IMG/VR virus record: IMGVR_UViG_3300032295_000988 | Coordinates: 1-30,239 of that record | Source of the DNA: a virus | Lineage: Duplodnaviria; Caudoviricetes | Length of the DNA: 30,239 nt | Direction: 5' to 3' (one strand) | Shown: one piece after another, positions 1-8,309 of the stretch | How positions within the stretch are numbered: the stretch's first letter is position 1 | Layout: every line of letters begins with the position of its first letter | Made by a program: the position numbers and the translations under genes | Notes under the pieces: model-generated | What the model saw: only the letters and a program-made list of their open reading frames with translations | What the model was told of the DNA's origin: nothing | Databases searched by the model: none

Positions 1-123
1 AGTGCCGCGTATGGCTCCGGTGTTGGCCATCTTGTCTATGACTTCTACCAGGTTGCGTTTCACAGCCAACATGGCTGTGACTTCAGCGCCAGACGCATCC
101 AGGATGTAGGGTTTGAGTCCTGG
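1..123. repeat. Terminal direct repeat, copy 1 (circular assembly overlap)
   Basis: Bases 1-123 are identical to 30117-30239, and the portal reading frame continues through the junction. Confidence 0.97.
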
Positions 124-1026
124 GTCAAGATTGTCAGGCATGGCAATGATTGATCCTGCGCCAATGCCGGCTGCTGTTTCATTGGTCTTCACAAGACTGG
201 GGTGACCATCAATTCTAATGCTTTGTTCTATTTCGCTGTTGATGTTGTAGATCATTCGCTGTGTGTCAGCAATGTCCACAATGTCACTGGTGCCAATGCC
301 ACGTATGGGTGTGCGTTGATTGTAGGCACACACAGCAGGAATAAAGCCCAGGCCATTTGATTCTGTGTTTGAATAGTTAATGGTGCGCTTGTCAATGTCT
401 GTAACAGTTGTGACCACACGGTCAGGATACCATTCCTTGATGGTTCGCAGACTGTCATTCATTTCTTCAATGTATTTGAGATAGATCAATTCATAGCGAC
501 CATTGCGCTGACGTTGGTATGACCAGTCCAGCACGTTCAGGGGTGATGCCATGCTGAGATAAGGTCTCACACCTGCAGCAATTTCTTCTGCACGAGTCTG
601 AGCACTAATGTTGGGTTTGGCCACTACAATCCAGCAGTGTCCAAACACACTGGCCCAGGTGGCAACTTCTTTCATGAAGTTGTTTAGACTGCGGCCATCA
701 AAGTCACAGTCTTCCAGGAAGTCCAACACTTCTACTGAATTCTCTAGACTTCCAAATTCTCTGTCGGGTTCTTTACGAAACAAGAAACTGTTGTAGACCG
801 AGATCACACTGTTGCAATGATTGTCTAGGCTGGTGGCCTGCAGTCGTTGATTGTAGTCCAGTTGTGTTTCCAATTGATACTGTGTGAGGTTAGCACCCTC
901 GCGATAGTCATCACCGCCCAGGTAACTTTCTAATAGATACTTCCAACGTGCTTGATAGTTTGTGTAGAGTTCCTTCTCGCTCATTACTGCGGCAAGTTGT
1001 TCGTCCACTGTTTGCATTACTGTCAT
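1..1026 (-). CDS. Portal protein, N-terminal 342 codons (continues at 30116..29604; about 512 aa in total)
   Basis: Absent from the ORF track because it runs off the edge. Manual translation from ATG 1026 gives MTVMQTVDEQLAAVMSEKELYTNYQARWKYLLESYLGG...FMKEVATWASVFGHCWIVV...GLGFIPAV...GTSDIVDIADTQRMIYN. SPP1 gp6-like portal motifs, directly downstream of terL, in frame with 29604..30188. Confidence 0.9.
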   Translation of the reverse strand, partial: MTVMQTVDEQLAAVMSEKELYTNYQARWKYLLESYLGGDDYREGANLTQYQLETQLDYNQRLQATSLDNHCNSVISVYNSFLFRKEPDREFGSLENSVEVLDFLEDCDFDGRSLNNFMKEVATWASVFGHCWIVVAKPNISAQTRAEEIAAGVRPYLSMASPLNVLDWSYQRQRNGRYELIYLKYIEEMNDSLRTIKEWYPDRVVTTVTDIDKRTINYSNTESNGLGFIPAVCAYNQRTPIRGIGTSDIVDIADTQRMIYNINSEIEQSIRIDGHPSLVKTNETAAGIGAGSIIAMPDNLDPGLKPYILDASGAEVTAMLAVKRNLVEVIDKMANTGAIRGT

Positions 1027-1027
1027 A

Positions 1028-2305
1028 TTAAATCCTTTGTTTGCGTGCCTGACCCTGTGGGCTAGGACCTATGCCGTGCGCCCAACGCTGTGGGGGCTGG
1101 TATTCTACTTCTCGTCTCACTGGCCACACATAATCAAAATAATAACGTGCGGCATCTGTAAGGTGATCATAGCCTGAATCTTTGTCTGGCTGACTGGTGC
1201 CTGACTTGTAATTGTGTCGTTCCAAACACTCTATCAATCGTCTACACTTGGGGTCAACAAAGAATCGTCGTTGACCACTTGCTGAACACAGCATACTATT
1301 TACAGCGTTGACTCCATCACGAACAGGGTTGTGGGCTGAGGGAGCCTTGACAGTAAAGCCGGCGTTTTGTAGGATTGACAGATCCGTGGCACCACCTGCT
1401 GATGTTTTGCGTTGTCGTGATGCTGGGTCAGGATAGCACCAGATTCTGCTGCGGTCACTTCGTGGATACCGTTGCAGAAGTTCCGCCACCATTTCTTGTG
1501 TGTTACTAGAATACATTTCGATTTCATCAATGGCCCAGACATCATCACCCTGCCTTGCAAACACCACAGCACTCATGGGATCAATGTTGAAGTCCATGCC
1601 CACTGCTATCAGTTGTGGCACTGCACCTGTCCAAGGCTTCACATTGTGCATGCGATCAAAACTATACCACACACGGTTGCCGGCTGTGATAAAGTTGGCT
1701 TCGAACTCCTGTTGGAATGTGCGTTCATCCAACAAGGCACGTGCTTCTGCTACTTCACTGGGCGAAACAAATCCGCCTTGCAGTGTGGTAAACTGCCATG
1801 AGGCCCAGTGTTCAGGATCCTCCCGGGGCATCTGATATAGGTCATAACTCCAGTTGCCTATGCCCTTGGGTGTGCCACAGAACAAGGCATGGCCCTGTGT
1901 GTCGGCCAGTGTGGGTCTCAGGACTTCGTAAAAGGCTTCCTGATCAATGTCCGCAAATTCGTCCATGACAAGAAAATTGATAGCGCGACCGCGCAGGCTG
2001 TCAGCGTTCTCAGCACCTTTGAGGCTGATCTCTGAACCATTTCTAAGATATATTGTAAGTTCGCTTTCATTGCATCGCTCCGTCCAGTTTAGGTCTTGTA
2101 GTCTATGTTTGAGTTTGCGCCAAACAATGCCCTTGGCCATTCTATAACTGGGGGCAACATACCATACAGTTTGATTGGGTGGGGCGGCATAACGTGCCAT
2201 TTCTCTAATGGCCAAAGTGGTCTTGCCAAAGCGTCGACCAGTAATAAGTGTGCGAAATCTATGTGAGTCTTTAGCCACCTGGGCCTGTGCGGCACTGAGA
2301 CTCAT
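1028..2305 (-). CDS. terL: Terminase large subunit
   Basis: Walker A GRRFGKT, Walker B LVMDEFA, GTPKG coupling motif, RNase H-like nuclease residues GMDFN and DHLTDAARY. Confidence 0.97.
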   Translation of the reverse strand: MSLSAAQAQVAKDSHRFRTLITGRRFGKTTLAIREMARYAAPPNQTVWYVAPSYRMAKGIVWRKLKHRLQDLNWTERCNESELTIYLRNGSEISLKGAENADSLRGRAINFLVMDEFADIDQEAFYEVLRPTLADTQGHALFCGTPKGIGNWSYDLYQMPREDPEHWASWQFTTLQGGFVSPSEVAEARALLDERTFQQEFEANFITAGNRVWYSFDRMHNVKPWTGAVPQLIAVGMDFNIDPMSAVVFARQGDDVWAIDEIEMYSSNTQEMVAELLQRYPRSDRSRIWCYPDPASRQRKTSAGGATDLSILQNAGFTVKAPSAHNPVRDGVNAVNSMLCSASGQRRFFVDPKCRRLIECLERHNYKSGTSQPDKDSGYDHLTDAARYYFDYVWPVRREVEYQPPQRWAHGIGPSPQGQARKQRI

Positions 2306-2664
2306 TTGAGATCATCATCCCGCCAGGGCAAGGCACGTGGTAGATCCACTGTGTGCTGTTCTTCAGGACGGCCAATGATTCTGTCCCACACAGCCACGAA
2401 ACTTTGAGCATCGCCTGAATCTCTAGCCCGCACTAACTGTGCCCAGGCAGCGTTGTGCAGTTCAGTGACCCATTGTGTTTGGTATTGCTCCACCACGGTC
2501 TTCATGGCCTGCTTCATGCTCTTGCGTTTGGCACGTGCTTCCATATGAGCCGTGCGTTGTTCTTCTGTGAGAGTTTTGAGCCAGTCCGCATAGGGACTTG
2601 AGCCAGGTTCCCAGCGATGCACTTTGAGATGGTTGGCCCTGGTGGGCTTTTTTTCTAAGCCCAC
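2302..2664 (-). CDS. Probable terminase small subunit
   Basis: Immediately upstream of terL with an ATGA overlap. Helical protein with C-terminal WDRIIGRPEEQ, resembling the DR-x-x-GKP motif of many TerS proteins. Confidence 0.6.
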   Translation of the reverse strand: MGLEKKPTRANHLKVHRWEPGSSPYADWLKTLTEEQRTAHMEARAKRKSMKQAMKTVVEQYQTQWVTELHNAAWAQLVRARDSGDAQSFVAVWDRIIGRPEEQHTVDLPRALPWRDDDLK

Positions 2665-2667
2665 GGG

Positions 2668-2844
2668 TTAATCCTCTTGCTCAACTGCTAGGATACGTTC
2701 AGTTTCTAGTGGTGTGAGATGCACACGACCCGTGTAGTCGGCCCAGGGATCAGGTATGGCTACGGCAGCGGCCTGGATGTATTGCCGGCACTGATCACGT
2801 AGATCTTCTAGTTCTTCAACGGTCCAAAGTTTTTGTTGATTCAT
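2668..2844 (-). CDS. Hypothetical protein, 58 aa (MNQQKLWTVEELEDLRDQC...)
   Basis: Manual translation, below the ORF-track cutoff. Fills the gap exactly and is preceded by TAAATA at 2851-2856. Confidence 0.65.
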   Translation of the reverse strand: MNQQKLWTVEELEDLRDQCRQYIQAAAVAIPDPWADYTGRVHLTPLETERILAVEQED

Positions 2845-3022
2845 CAGCCATATTTACCACCTTGATAGTTGCGCGGTGGGTTTTGGCTGGTTTTGTGTCA
2901 GGAAACTCCAGGGCAATGGCCTGCAGGATCACTTCCAAGGCTGCTTCACGACCATGTGTTCTGGCCAAGCGTTGTATGATACTTTGTATTCTCAAACGTT
3001 CCATAAGTTTATTTAGGTCCAT
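2816..3022 (-). CDS. Hypothetical protein
   Basis: Coupled to the upstream gene by a TAATG overlap. Alternative start at 3004 behind a TAAATA box. Confidence 0.6.
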   Translation of the reverse strand: MDLNKLMERLRIQSIIQRLARTHGREAALEVILQAIALEFPDTKPAKTHRATIKVVNMADESTKTLDR

Positions 3023-3387
3023 TATGCCACCACCTCCTGCACTTGATCCATTTCGTCAAAGAATGCATCCACTGTGCTGTCCAGTTCAGGATTGAGTTTA
3101 TGTTCAGCACACCACGTGAGCCATATGCTTTCTCTTGTGTCAAAATCCAACAAGCGATATTGATACCAACTCAAGGGCCAGGTTCTCTTGGTGGCATGCA
3201 AGGTGGGCTCTGCTGGCAGTTTTTTCTTTGTGGGTTGCACCTTGCCTTCAGAAATCTTTTGGTATTCATTTGGGCGTGTTTCACAACGATTCACAATAGT
3301 GCTTTTGTCCACGCCGTGTGCTCTAGCGGCAGCGGCTGCACCCGTGAAGTGTCCCAAGGGTGTCTTATACGTGTAAAGTTTTGGCAT
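3022..3387 (-). CDS. NUMOD1-like helix-turn-helix DNA-binding protein
   Basis: N-terminal YKTPLGHFTGAAAAARAHGVDKSTIVNRC resembles the NUMOD1/IENR1 HTH module. Confidence 0.6.
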   Translation of the reverse strand: MPKLYTYKTPLGHFTGAAAAARAHGVDKSTIVNRCETRPNEYQKISEGKVQPTKKKLPAEPTLHATKRTWPLSWYQYRLLDFDTRESIWLTWCAEHKLNPELDSTVDAFFDEMDQVQEVVA

Positions 3388-3406
3388 TGCAATCTTTCAA
3401 AAGGGT

Positions 3407-3471
3407 GGTGGGCACGTCAGGGTCGCCCACCGTCGACCTGGAAGCGATAAATGTCACTAAATCGCCCTGAC
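3407..3471. promoter_or_regulatory. Structured intergenic element (pseudoknot or alternative pairings)
   Basis: GGTGGGC 3407-3413 pairs with GCCCACC 3425-3431. GTCAGGG 3416-3422 pairs with CCCTGAC 3465-3471, crossing the first stem. Inner hairpin GCGAT/ATCGC. Confidence 0.55.
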
Positions 3472-3479
3472 TATTCGTT

Positions 3480-3848
3480 TCACAACAACGAGTTTTCTTT
3501 TAGATACACACGCATTTCACCCATGGCCTGTTTGTAGGCTTCATAATGGCGTTGTTCTCTTTCTCTTAATGCTTTCAATTCTTCCGTGGTAAAGCGATAA
3601 GCAGAAAGATCAATATCAAAATACCGTTCAGCCCAGTCAAGACTTTCTGGATCTTCACGATTGATCGTCACACTGTTATCGCAATCATCTGGATCAAGCA
3701 TGAGAATCTGCAGCCAGCGTGGACCATAATCTGCTATGGTTGCCAACACAACTTCTCGTTCTGTGCCTTCGTGTCCATAATTTGATTCGCCACCACCATA
3801 TTCTGCCAGTTTGGAAACATACAAAGTCCAATCAATAATTTGTGTCAT
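3480..3848 (-). CDS. Hypothetical acidic protein
   Basis: ORF 3480..3941. Start reassigned to ATG 3848 behind a GAGGA RBS; 3881 is an alternative. Confidence 0.7.
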   Translation of the reverse strand: MTQIIDWTLYVSKLAEYGGGESNYGHEGTEREVVLATIADYGPRWLQILMLDPDDCDNSVTINREDPESLDWAERYFDIDLSAYRFTTEELKALREREQRHYEAYKQAMGEMRVYLKENSLL

Positions 3849-3877
3849 ATTATCCTCTTCAAGTGTGGTTGATGTGT

Positions 3878-4063
3878 TCATTTTGGATTGTCCATTTGGT
3901 TGTAGACACGCTGTAGCAGTGCCTGTTGAGCACACTTCCAAACAGCAGCCTGGGGATTGGGATTGTCACTGTCCAAGCGGGTCATCTGAACAATGCGTTC
4001 AAGATCTGCCAACACTGCTTGTCCGTTCACACTGTCAAACAATTCACGGTAATTGGGTTTCAT
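3878..4063 (-). CDS. Bbp19-like small phage protein
   Basis: Y-x-x-LF-x-S-x-x-G-x-x-VL-x-DL pattern (YRELFDSVNGQAVLADL). Overlaps its upstream neighbour by ATGA. Confidence 0.6.
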   Translation of the reverse strand: MKPNYRELFDSVNGQAVLADLERIVQMTRLDSDNPNPQAAVWKCAQQALLQRVYNQMDNPK

Positions 4064-4653
4064 TTGGAGTCCTTTGCGATGTAGTAATAATTGGCACTGT
4101 CAGTGCGTAGCCATTTCGTGAGTTTGGGGGCAGCATTGCCAACACCTGCTTGAATCAAGCCTTGCACAGCAGCCTGCTTGCTGGCAAACTGGCCATACGG
4201 TGTTTGTATGGGCTTGCACTTGCTTTGTCTAATGTTTTCACATTGTTCTGGTGTCATCTTGCGTCCTTGGTTGCTTTTTCGCAAGCCAGCCAGGCCCAGC
4301 AGTTGTTGGAAAATACCGTAGACAAATCGCTCTTGTTCAGTCCACGGGCGTCCAGGACGAGTGCGATTGAGTTTGCGGCCCTTTCTATTTTGTGCATTTG
4401 CACGAATGCGTTGCAAATGAGTGTCACTGAGAGTGCGTCCTCGGTAGGCTTCACTGCGTTGCTTTCTGGCTTGGGGATTGGCAGCCCACCACGCCAGCAA
4501 TAGTTGTTGATGGCGTTCACGCCACTCATCTGGATAGTGCCATTGCGGGTCGCGTGTGCCTGATGGGCGGCTGTGTGCTGCCGCAGGTGCGGGCGTGAGC
4601 GTTGCATCCAACCAAGACAGATCGTCGTCACCAAAATTGTAGTTGTCAGTCAT
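4060..4653 (-). CDS. NUMOD3/NUMOD1-type DNA-binding protein with no nuclease domain seen
   Basis: Repeats GRTLSDTHLQRI and GRKMTPEQCENIRQS are NUMOD3-like; C-terminal IQTPYGQFASKQAA is NUMOD1-like. Start at MTDNY (4653). Confidence 0.6.
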   Translation of the reverse strand: MTDNYNFGDDDLSWLDATLTPAPAAAHSRPSGTRDPQWHYPDEWRERHQQLLLAWWAANPQARKQRSEAYRGRTLSDTHLQRIRANAQNRKGRKLNRTRPGRPWTEQERFVYGIFQQLLGLAGLRKSNQGRKMTPEQCENIRQSKCKPIQTPYGQFASKQAAVQGLIQAGVGNAAPKLTKWLRTDSANYYYIAKDSK

Positions 4654-4655
4654 GA

Positions 4656-5486
4656 TCACACCTTCAAAAAAGGAGCACAATTGGCTTGCCAATCTGTGGG
4701 ATCTGCATTGATCTCAGCCGCAATCTTTTGGGGCAAACGCAGATCCAAGGTGTTGATGTCATCCAAGTTTTGCAACAAGAACTTCAACAATGCCAGTTTC
4801 TGATCTGCTGTGATTGCAGTGCGTGTGTCTCTGGCCAGATAGTCGTGATGCACAACCATGTTGAACACCTGTGCAAACTTGCGTTCACGAGTGTGCCAGC
4901 CCATGGGCCAGTTGGTGGTGCGACTGTAGATAGCCGCCATGTGCTGACTGCGACGACTCTGACGCCCTGTGTTCATGGTGATGTTGCTACAAATGATCAA
5001 GGTGCCATTGTAGACAAAGTCACTGACCACACTGCCAGCAATGATGGGTTTGATACTGCTCTCATAACTCACACGACGGTTGTCTGGGTCAGTGGCAGCC
5101 TTGACAAAACTCAAGCCCATCTCGTTCTGAAACACATCATCACAGTCGTCCAGCACCAAGACCTGTCCCTTGCGACGATACAGATACAACAAGTTGAACA
5201 ACTGCAAAGGCGTGATGTGGCCTTTCACAATCTTGTAGTCCTCGCCTTCTGTCAAGCCTGCGGTGTTCAAGGCTTGTGCTACCACAAAACTCTTGCCCAG
5301 GCCTGGGGGACCTTGCAGGATAGCGTTCTTGTGTGTGCCTTTCAGCACCTTGCTCACAAACTTTTCTGTGCGTGTTTGGTATGCTTGCACATCAGCAATC
5401 TGTTCTACCAGTGCTGGTGTGAAGATGGGATCAGCAATGATCTCTGAATAGTGATCAATACTGCTGGGGATGTTTGCTTGTTTCAT
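4656..5486 (-). CDS. AAA+ family ATPase
   Basis: Walker A GPPGLGKS, Walker B LVLDDCD, sensor-1-like IICSN. Has its own sigma70 promoter. Confidence 0.85.
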   Translation of the reverse strand: MKQANIPSSIDHYSEIIADPIFTPALVEQIADVQAYQTRTEKFVSKVLKGTHKNAILQGPPGLGKSFVVAQALNTAGLTEGEDYKIVKGHITPLQLFNLLYLYRRKGQVLVLDDCDDVFQNEMGLSFVKAATDPDNRRVSYESSIKPIIAGSVVSDFVYNGTLIICSNITMNTGRQSRRSQHMAAIYSRTTNWPMGWHTRERKFAQVFNMVVHHDYLARDTRTAITADQKLALLKFLLQNLDDINTLDLRLPQKIAAEINADPTDWQANCAPFLKV

Positions 5487-5546
5487 ACAGTTCCTTTGAG
5501 TTCAGTTAAGTTAAATTATGAACTGCTTTTTGCAGTTCATGTTGGT

Positions 5547-5575
5547 AGTATAGCACAATACCAATTTGTGGTCAA
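5547..5575 (-). promoter_or_regulatory. Sigma70 early promoter P1
   Basis: TTGACC-17 bp-TATACT with TG extended -10, followed by a 9-bp 5' hairpin (5518-5540). Confidence 0.85.
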
Positions 5576-5579
5576 CCAG

Positions 5580-5849
5580 TTAGTGCATGCTCTGAAAATA
5601 CACAGCGTCAACCACAGCACCTTCTGTCATCACAGTCAGCACCACACGACTTTGAGCACCAATCACCATCACAATGCGAGTGCCGGGTATGGTGCAATAC
5701 CAAGATTCAACAGCACCATTTTTGGGGCATGTGTAGCGTCTATTGAGTCGGAATGCTGTGCTAATGTTCACTTCGTCCCTTGTGGTAATATCAGTTTTAA
5801 GACGTTGTTGCAAGCGTTGTGCGGCATGATAACTGAATAATACTTTCAT
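5580..5849 (-). CDS. DUF4258-like (BECR-fold) putative RNase/toxin
   Basis: FSYHAAQRLQQR at the N-terminus and RIVMVI...VVLTVM at the C-terminus. Start MKVLF at 5849 behind AGGAG. Confidence 0.55.
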   Translation of the reverse strand: MKVLFSYHAAQRLQQRLKTDITTRDEVNISTAFRLNRRYTCPKNGAVESWYCTIPGTRIVMVIGAQSRVVLTVMTEGAVVDAVYFQSMH

Positions 5850-5912
5850 CTGGTGCTCCTGTTCGTTTCGTTTCGTTTCGTTGTATGGGCTGTTTTTTGA
5901 TCCCATACAAGT

Positions 5913-5941
5913 ATTATAGCAAAAGGTGAATTTATGGTCTA
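5913..5941 (-). promoter_or_regulatory. Sigma70 early promoter P2
   Basis: TAGACC-17 bp-TATAAT with TG extended -10, followed by the hairpin TTGTATGGG/CCCATACAA. Confidence 0.8.
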
Positions 5942-5948
5942 CCTTTAA

Positions 5949-5975
5949 AATAGCCCTACAAAATGTAGGGCTATT
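5949..5975. terminator. Perfect 12-bp inverted repeat (terminator or protein-binding site)
   Basis: AATAGCCCTACA-AAA-TGTAGGGCTATT, between the stop of 5985..6197 and promoter P2. Short T run on the minus strand. Confidence 0.55.
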
Positions 5976-5984
5976 GTGTGGCTT

Positions 5985-6197
5985 TTACGCCACACTGGCA
6001 GTGAGTTCTGCGGCTTCACGCAGGGTCATTTCTGGGAACTCATCTGTGAGATACTGACGATACTCATTCATGGCTGTGCCAATCCAACTTGCATATTGAT
6101 GCTCGTTGAAGTGCTTTCGCACATCAGCAATATCCTCAAAGTTGCCGCTGTGTGCTCGGCTGGTTGCAAATGCATGAAAAGAAAGTGCTTGTGACAT
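5985..6197 (-). CDS. Hypothetical early protein, 70 aa
   Basis: AAGGAG RBS and its own sigma70 promoter. Confidence 0.8.
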   Translation of the reverse strand: MSQALSFHAFATSRAHSGNFEDIADVRKHFNEHQYASWIGTAMNEYRQYLTDEFPEMTLREAAELTASVA

Positions 6198-6232
6198 TTT
6201 GTTGCTCCTTGAAGCGTTGTTGGTAAGTCATT

Positions 6233-6261
6233 AGTATAGCATCAACACCATTATTGGTCAA
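6233..6261 (-). promoter_or_regulatory. Sigma70 early promoter P3
   Basis: TTGACC-17 bp-TATACT with TG extended -10. Confidence 0.85.
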
Positions 6262-6315
6262 ATCACACCAAAGTATTACTTTTTTGTGTAGGGTTTTTAG
6301 TGTAATACTTGAGTA

Positions 6316-6966
6316 TTACCGAGCAGGCCAGTCCAGCACCCAGTCATCCCCGTGGTGTGGCAGTGTGATCATGCCCCAACTGATCAGCAGATCTCTCGCA
6401 CGATACTGCTCACCAAATATGCCATGCGGTTTTTGTTCCACACAGATCCTTGTGCGACAGCCACGAATGGTTTGTTCTGCTCCCAGTAACACTTCATATT
6501 CATAACCTTCACAGTCCACCTTGATGTAGTCCACATCATCAAACTCATAGTCATCCAAGCGACAGATTGGAGTGGTGCCTTGTGTGCTGGCAGCATCCAC
6601 ATGTGTGTGACCAGCGTTGTTGCTCACACGGATCATTTCAGTGGTGCCTGTGCGATTGCCCAAGGCTACAGGTTCAACTGTGAGATTTGTTGCAGTGACA
6701 TTTGCCAGCAAACATTGTCTGAATTCTTCAATGGGCTCAAATGCCGTGACCTGATCAAATTCAGCACAAAGGTCACGTGCCCACAAGCCCACATTGGCGC
6801 CAATGTCAATGGCGCGACGGCGGCGGTGCGCGGCAAGACCAAACAAACTTCTGTTGCGTGATCTAACTTGATAACCTTCAATGCCCACGGATCGTGATTG
6901 TCTTGCCATCACGTCTGGGAGATGCATTTCGTCGTCGGGAAACTGCCAACCTTGAGATAATTTCAT
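6316..6966 (-). CDS. FkbM-family SAM-dependent methyltransferase
   Basis: AIDIGANVG motif I, AFEP, VALG, and IKVDCEGYEYEVLLGA, the FkbM signature. Confidence 0.92.
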   Translation of the reverse strand: MKLSQGWQFPDDEMHLPDVMARQSRSVGIEGYQVRSRNRSLFGLAAHRRRRAIDIGANVGLWARDLCAEFDQVTAFEPIEEFRQCLLANVTATNLTVEPVALGNRTGTTEMIRVSNNAGHTHVDAASTQGTTPICRLDDYEFDDVDYIKVDCEGYEYEVLLGAEQTIRGCRTRICVEQKPHGIFGEQYRARDLLISWGMITLPHHGDDWVLDWPAR

Positions 6967-7601
6967 TTTATTGTGGCCTTTCTAGGTCCTTTGTGATGAC
7001 GAAAATGGCCAGCAAGATCGCTGTGTCCAAATGGATCGTCGGTGCGTGGTGTGCGCAAGATGTTTTGCATGGGTGTGTGAGTTGCTTGCCGCACATGGTC
7101 CCATACAAAAGCATCGTGCCATTGTTCAATGTCAAATATCGTTCGGCTGAGATAAATCTCTTCTAGTGCGTTGATGAATGGTCTGGTGCCTGCGTGTGAG
7201 AGGTTGTAGGCAATCCAGCCTGTTTCGGCATACATGAATGGCAGACGATTCAGGAACGTGGCCACATGATCTGCTGACGGCATCACTGCTTGCCAGGCCT
7301 CTGGAGTCCAGGCCTGAGTCTGCACCACATCCGCATCCAGCCAAATCACATAGTCTGCTGAACTGTTTCTAATGGCATGTATCTGTGCCTGCACTTTCCA
7401 ACTGAATCTCACACATTGATGATGCAGTCTCACACTTTCACGTGGGGCTGCCTCTGCTCGCCACCGATCCCAACGCACATCCTGCCAGTCCTGATCTGCT
7501 TCCCAGTATATTCTGGGCTGGTGTTGCCAACCAGGTATGCTTCGTTGGGCATACTTTGCCCACAAGTCAGGATTGCAACTGGTGATTACCTCATAACGCA
7601 T
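6963..7601 (-). CDS. GT-A-fold glycosyltransferase-like protein
   Basis: RFSWKV...YVIWLDADV (DxD motif), ETGWIAYN, WHD, HHKG. Start reassigned to MRYEVITS (7601). Confidence 0.75.
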   Translation of the reverse strand: MRYEVITSCNPDLWAKYAQRSIPGWQHQPRIYWEADQDWQDVRWDRWRAEAAPRESVRLHHQCVRFSWKVQAQIHAIRNSSADYVIWLDADVVQTQAWTPEAWQAVMPSADHVATFLNRLPFMYAETGWIAYNLSHAGTRPFINALEEIYLSRTIFDIEQWHDAFVWDHVRQATHTPMQNILRTPRTDDPFGHSDLAGHFRHHKGPRKATIK

Positions 7602-8281
7602 GCCACTGCCCTTTCTGTGTCTAAACTGGGGTAGGTGGTGGCAGCCCAGGTGCAGGCTGCTGTCTGCACCTGATCCAGGCTGGGTATTCTCACATGATGA
7701 TCTCGTTCCCATTCTTGAAATGGTGTGCCACAACCCAGGGTGGGATCTTGTCCCCAAATCACAGCCGGGCGTCCGGCCAACACGGCATCTATGGCACTCA
7801 CACTGTGTGCAGTGATAACACCACGATATTCAGCCATCATGTGAATCACACGTGGCACAGTGCCATTGGCTCTCAAGCGTCTAATGGGCTTGGGTCTCAC
7901 ATGATAGTCCTCGTCTCCCAGGGCATCCTGGATCTGTGTGCGCCATTCACTGAGTGTGGTGTTATACCAGTAGCGCAAGATTTCATCTCTGGGTTCACAC
8001 ACCAACCAAGGCAGGTCTGGTCTAGACTCAACAGCACGCCAACCACCCCATAGTTGATCAAAGTCTTGTCCGGCCTTTCTGCGATAGTAGGTGTTGATTC
8101 TATCGTAGTCTTGGGGTCCACCCAGTTGTTCAGGCACAAAACAACAGTTGGCCTGTCCTGTCTGACGCACCAGGCGTAGCCAAGTTTTTTGATTGCCAGG
8201 GTTGATGGGATTGTCAAAAATCATTTCACTGAACAAGGGATTGTCCGTGAACACATCACAAGGATTGTCACGCAGTTGCAT
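7586..8281 (-). CDS. GT-B-fold / capsular polysaccharide synthesis-like glycosyltransferase
   Basis: VRPKP and VITAHSVSAIDAVLAGRPAVI motifs. Start uncertain; the track gives 8347. Confidence 0.65.
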   Translation of the reverse strand: MQLRDNPCDVFTDNPLFSEMIFDNPINPGNQKTWLRLVRQTGQANCCFVPEQLGGPQDYDRINTYYRRKAGQDFDQLWGGWRAVESRPDLPWLVCEPRDEILRYWYNTTLSEWRTQIQDALGDEDYHVRPKPIRRLRANGTVPRVIHMMAEYRGVITAHSVSAIDAVLAGRPAVIWGQDPTLGCGTPFQEWERDHHVRIPSLDQVQTAACTWAATTYPSLDTERAVACVMR

Positions 8282-8309
8282 GCCCCCATACACGCGATAT
8301 TGGCCAACT

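Noticed and set aside
1-123. Terminal repeat as a biological direct terminal repeat or att site
   Set aside because: It falls in the middle of the portal gene with the frame preserved, which is best explained as an assembler overlap of a circular or permuted genome.
3407-3471. HDV-like / theta ribozyme
   Set aside because: Crossing P1/P2-like stems exist, but there is no room for P3/L3 or P1.1, and no adjacent tRNA.
4686-5447. 253-aa plus-strand ORF
   Set aside because: Antisense shadow of the AAA ATPase, with no motif, RBS or promoter.
5861-5883. (TTCGT)n tandem repeat as a CRISPR or iteron array
   Set aside because: Only about four pentamers with no spacers; it sits in the 5' leader just before an RBS.
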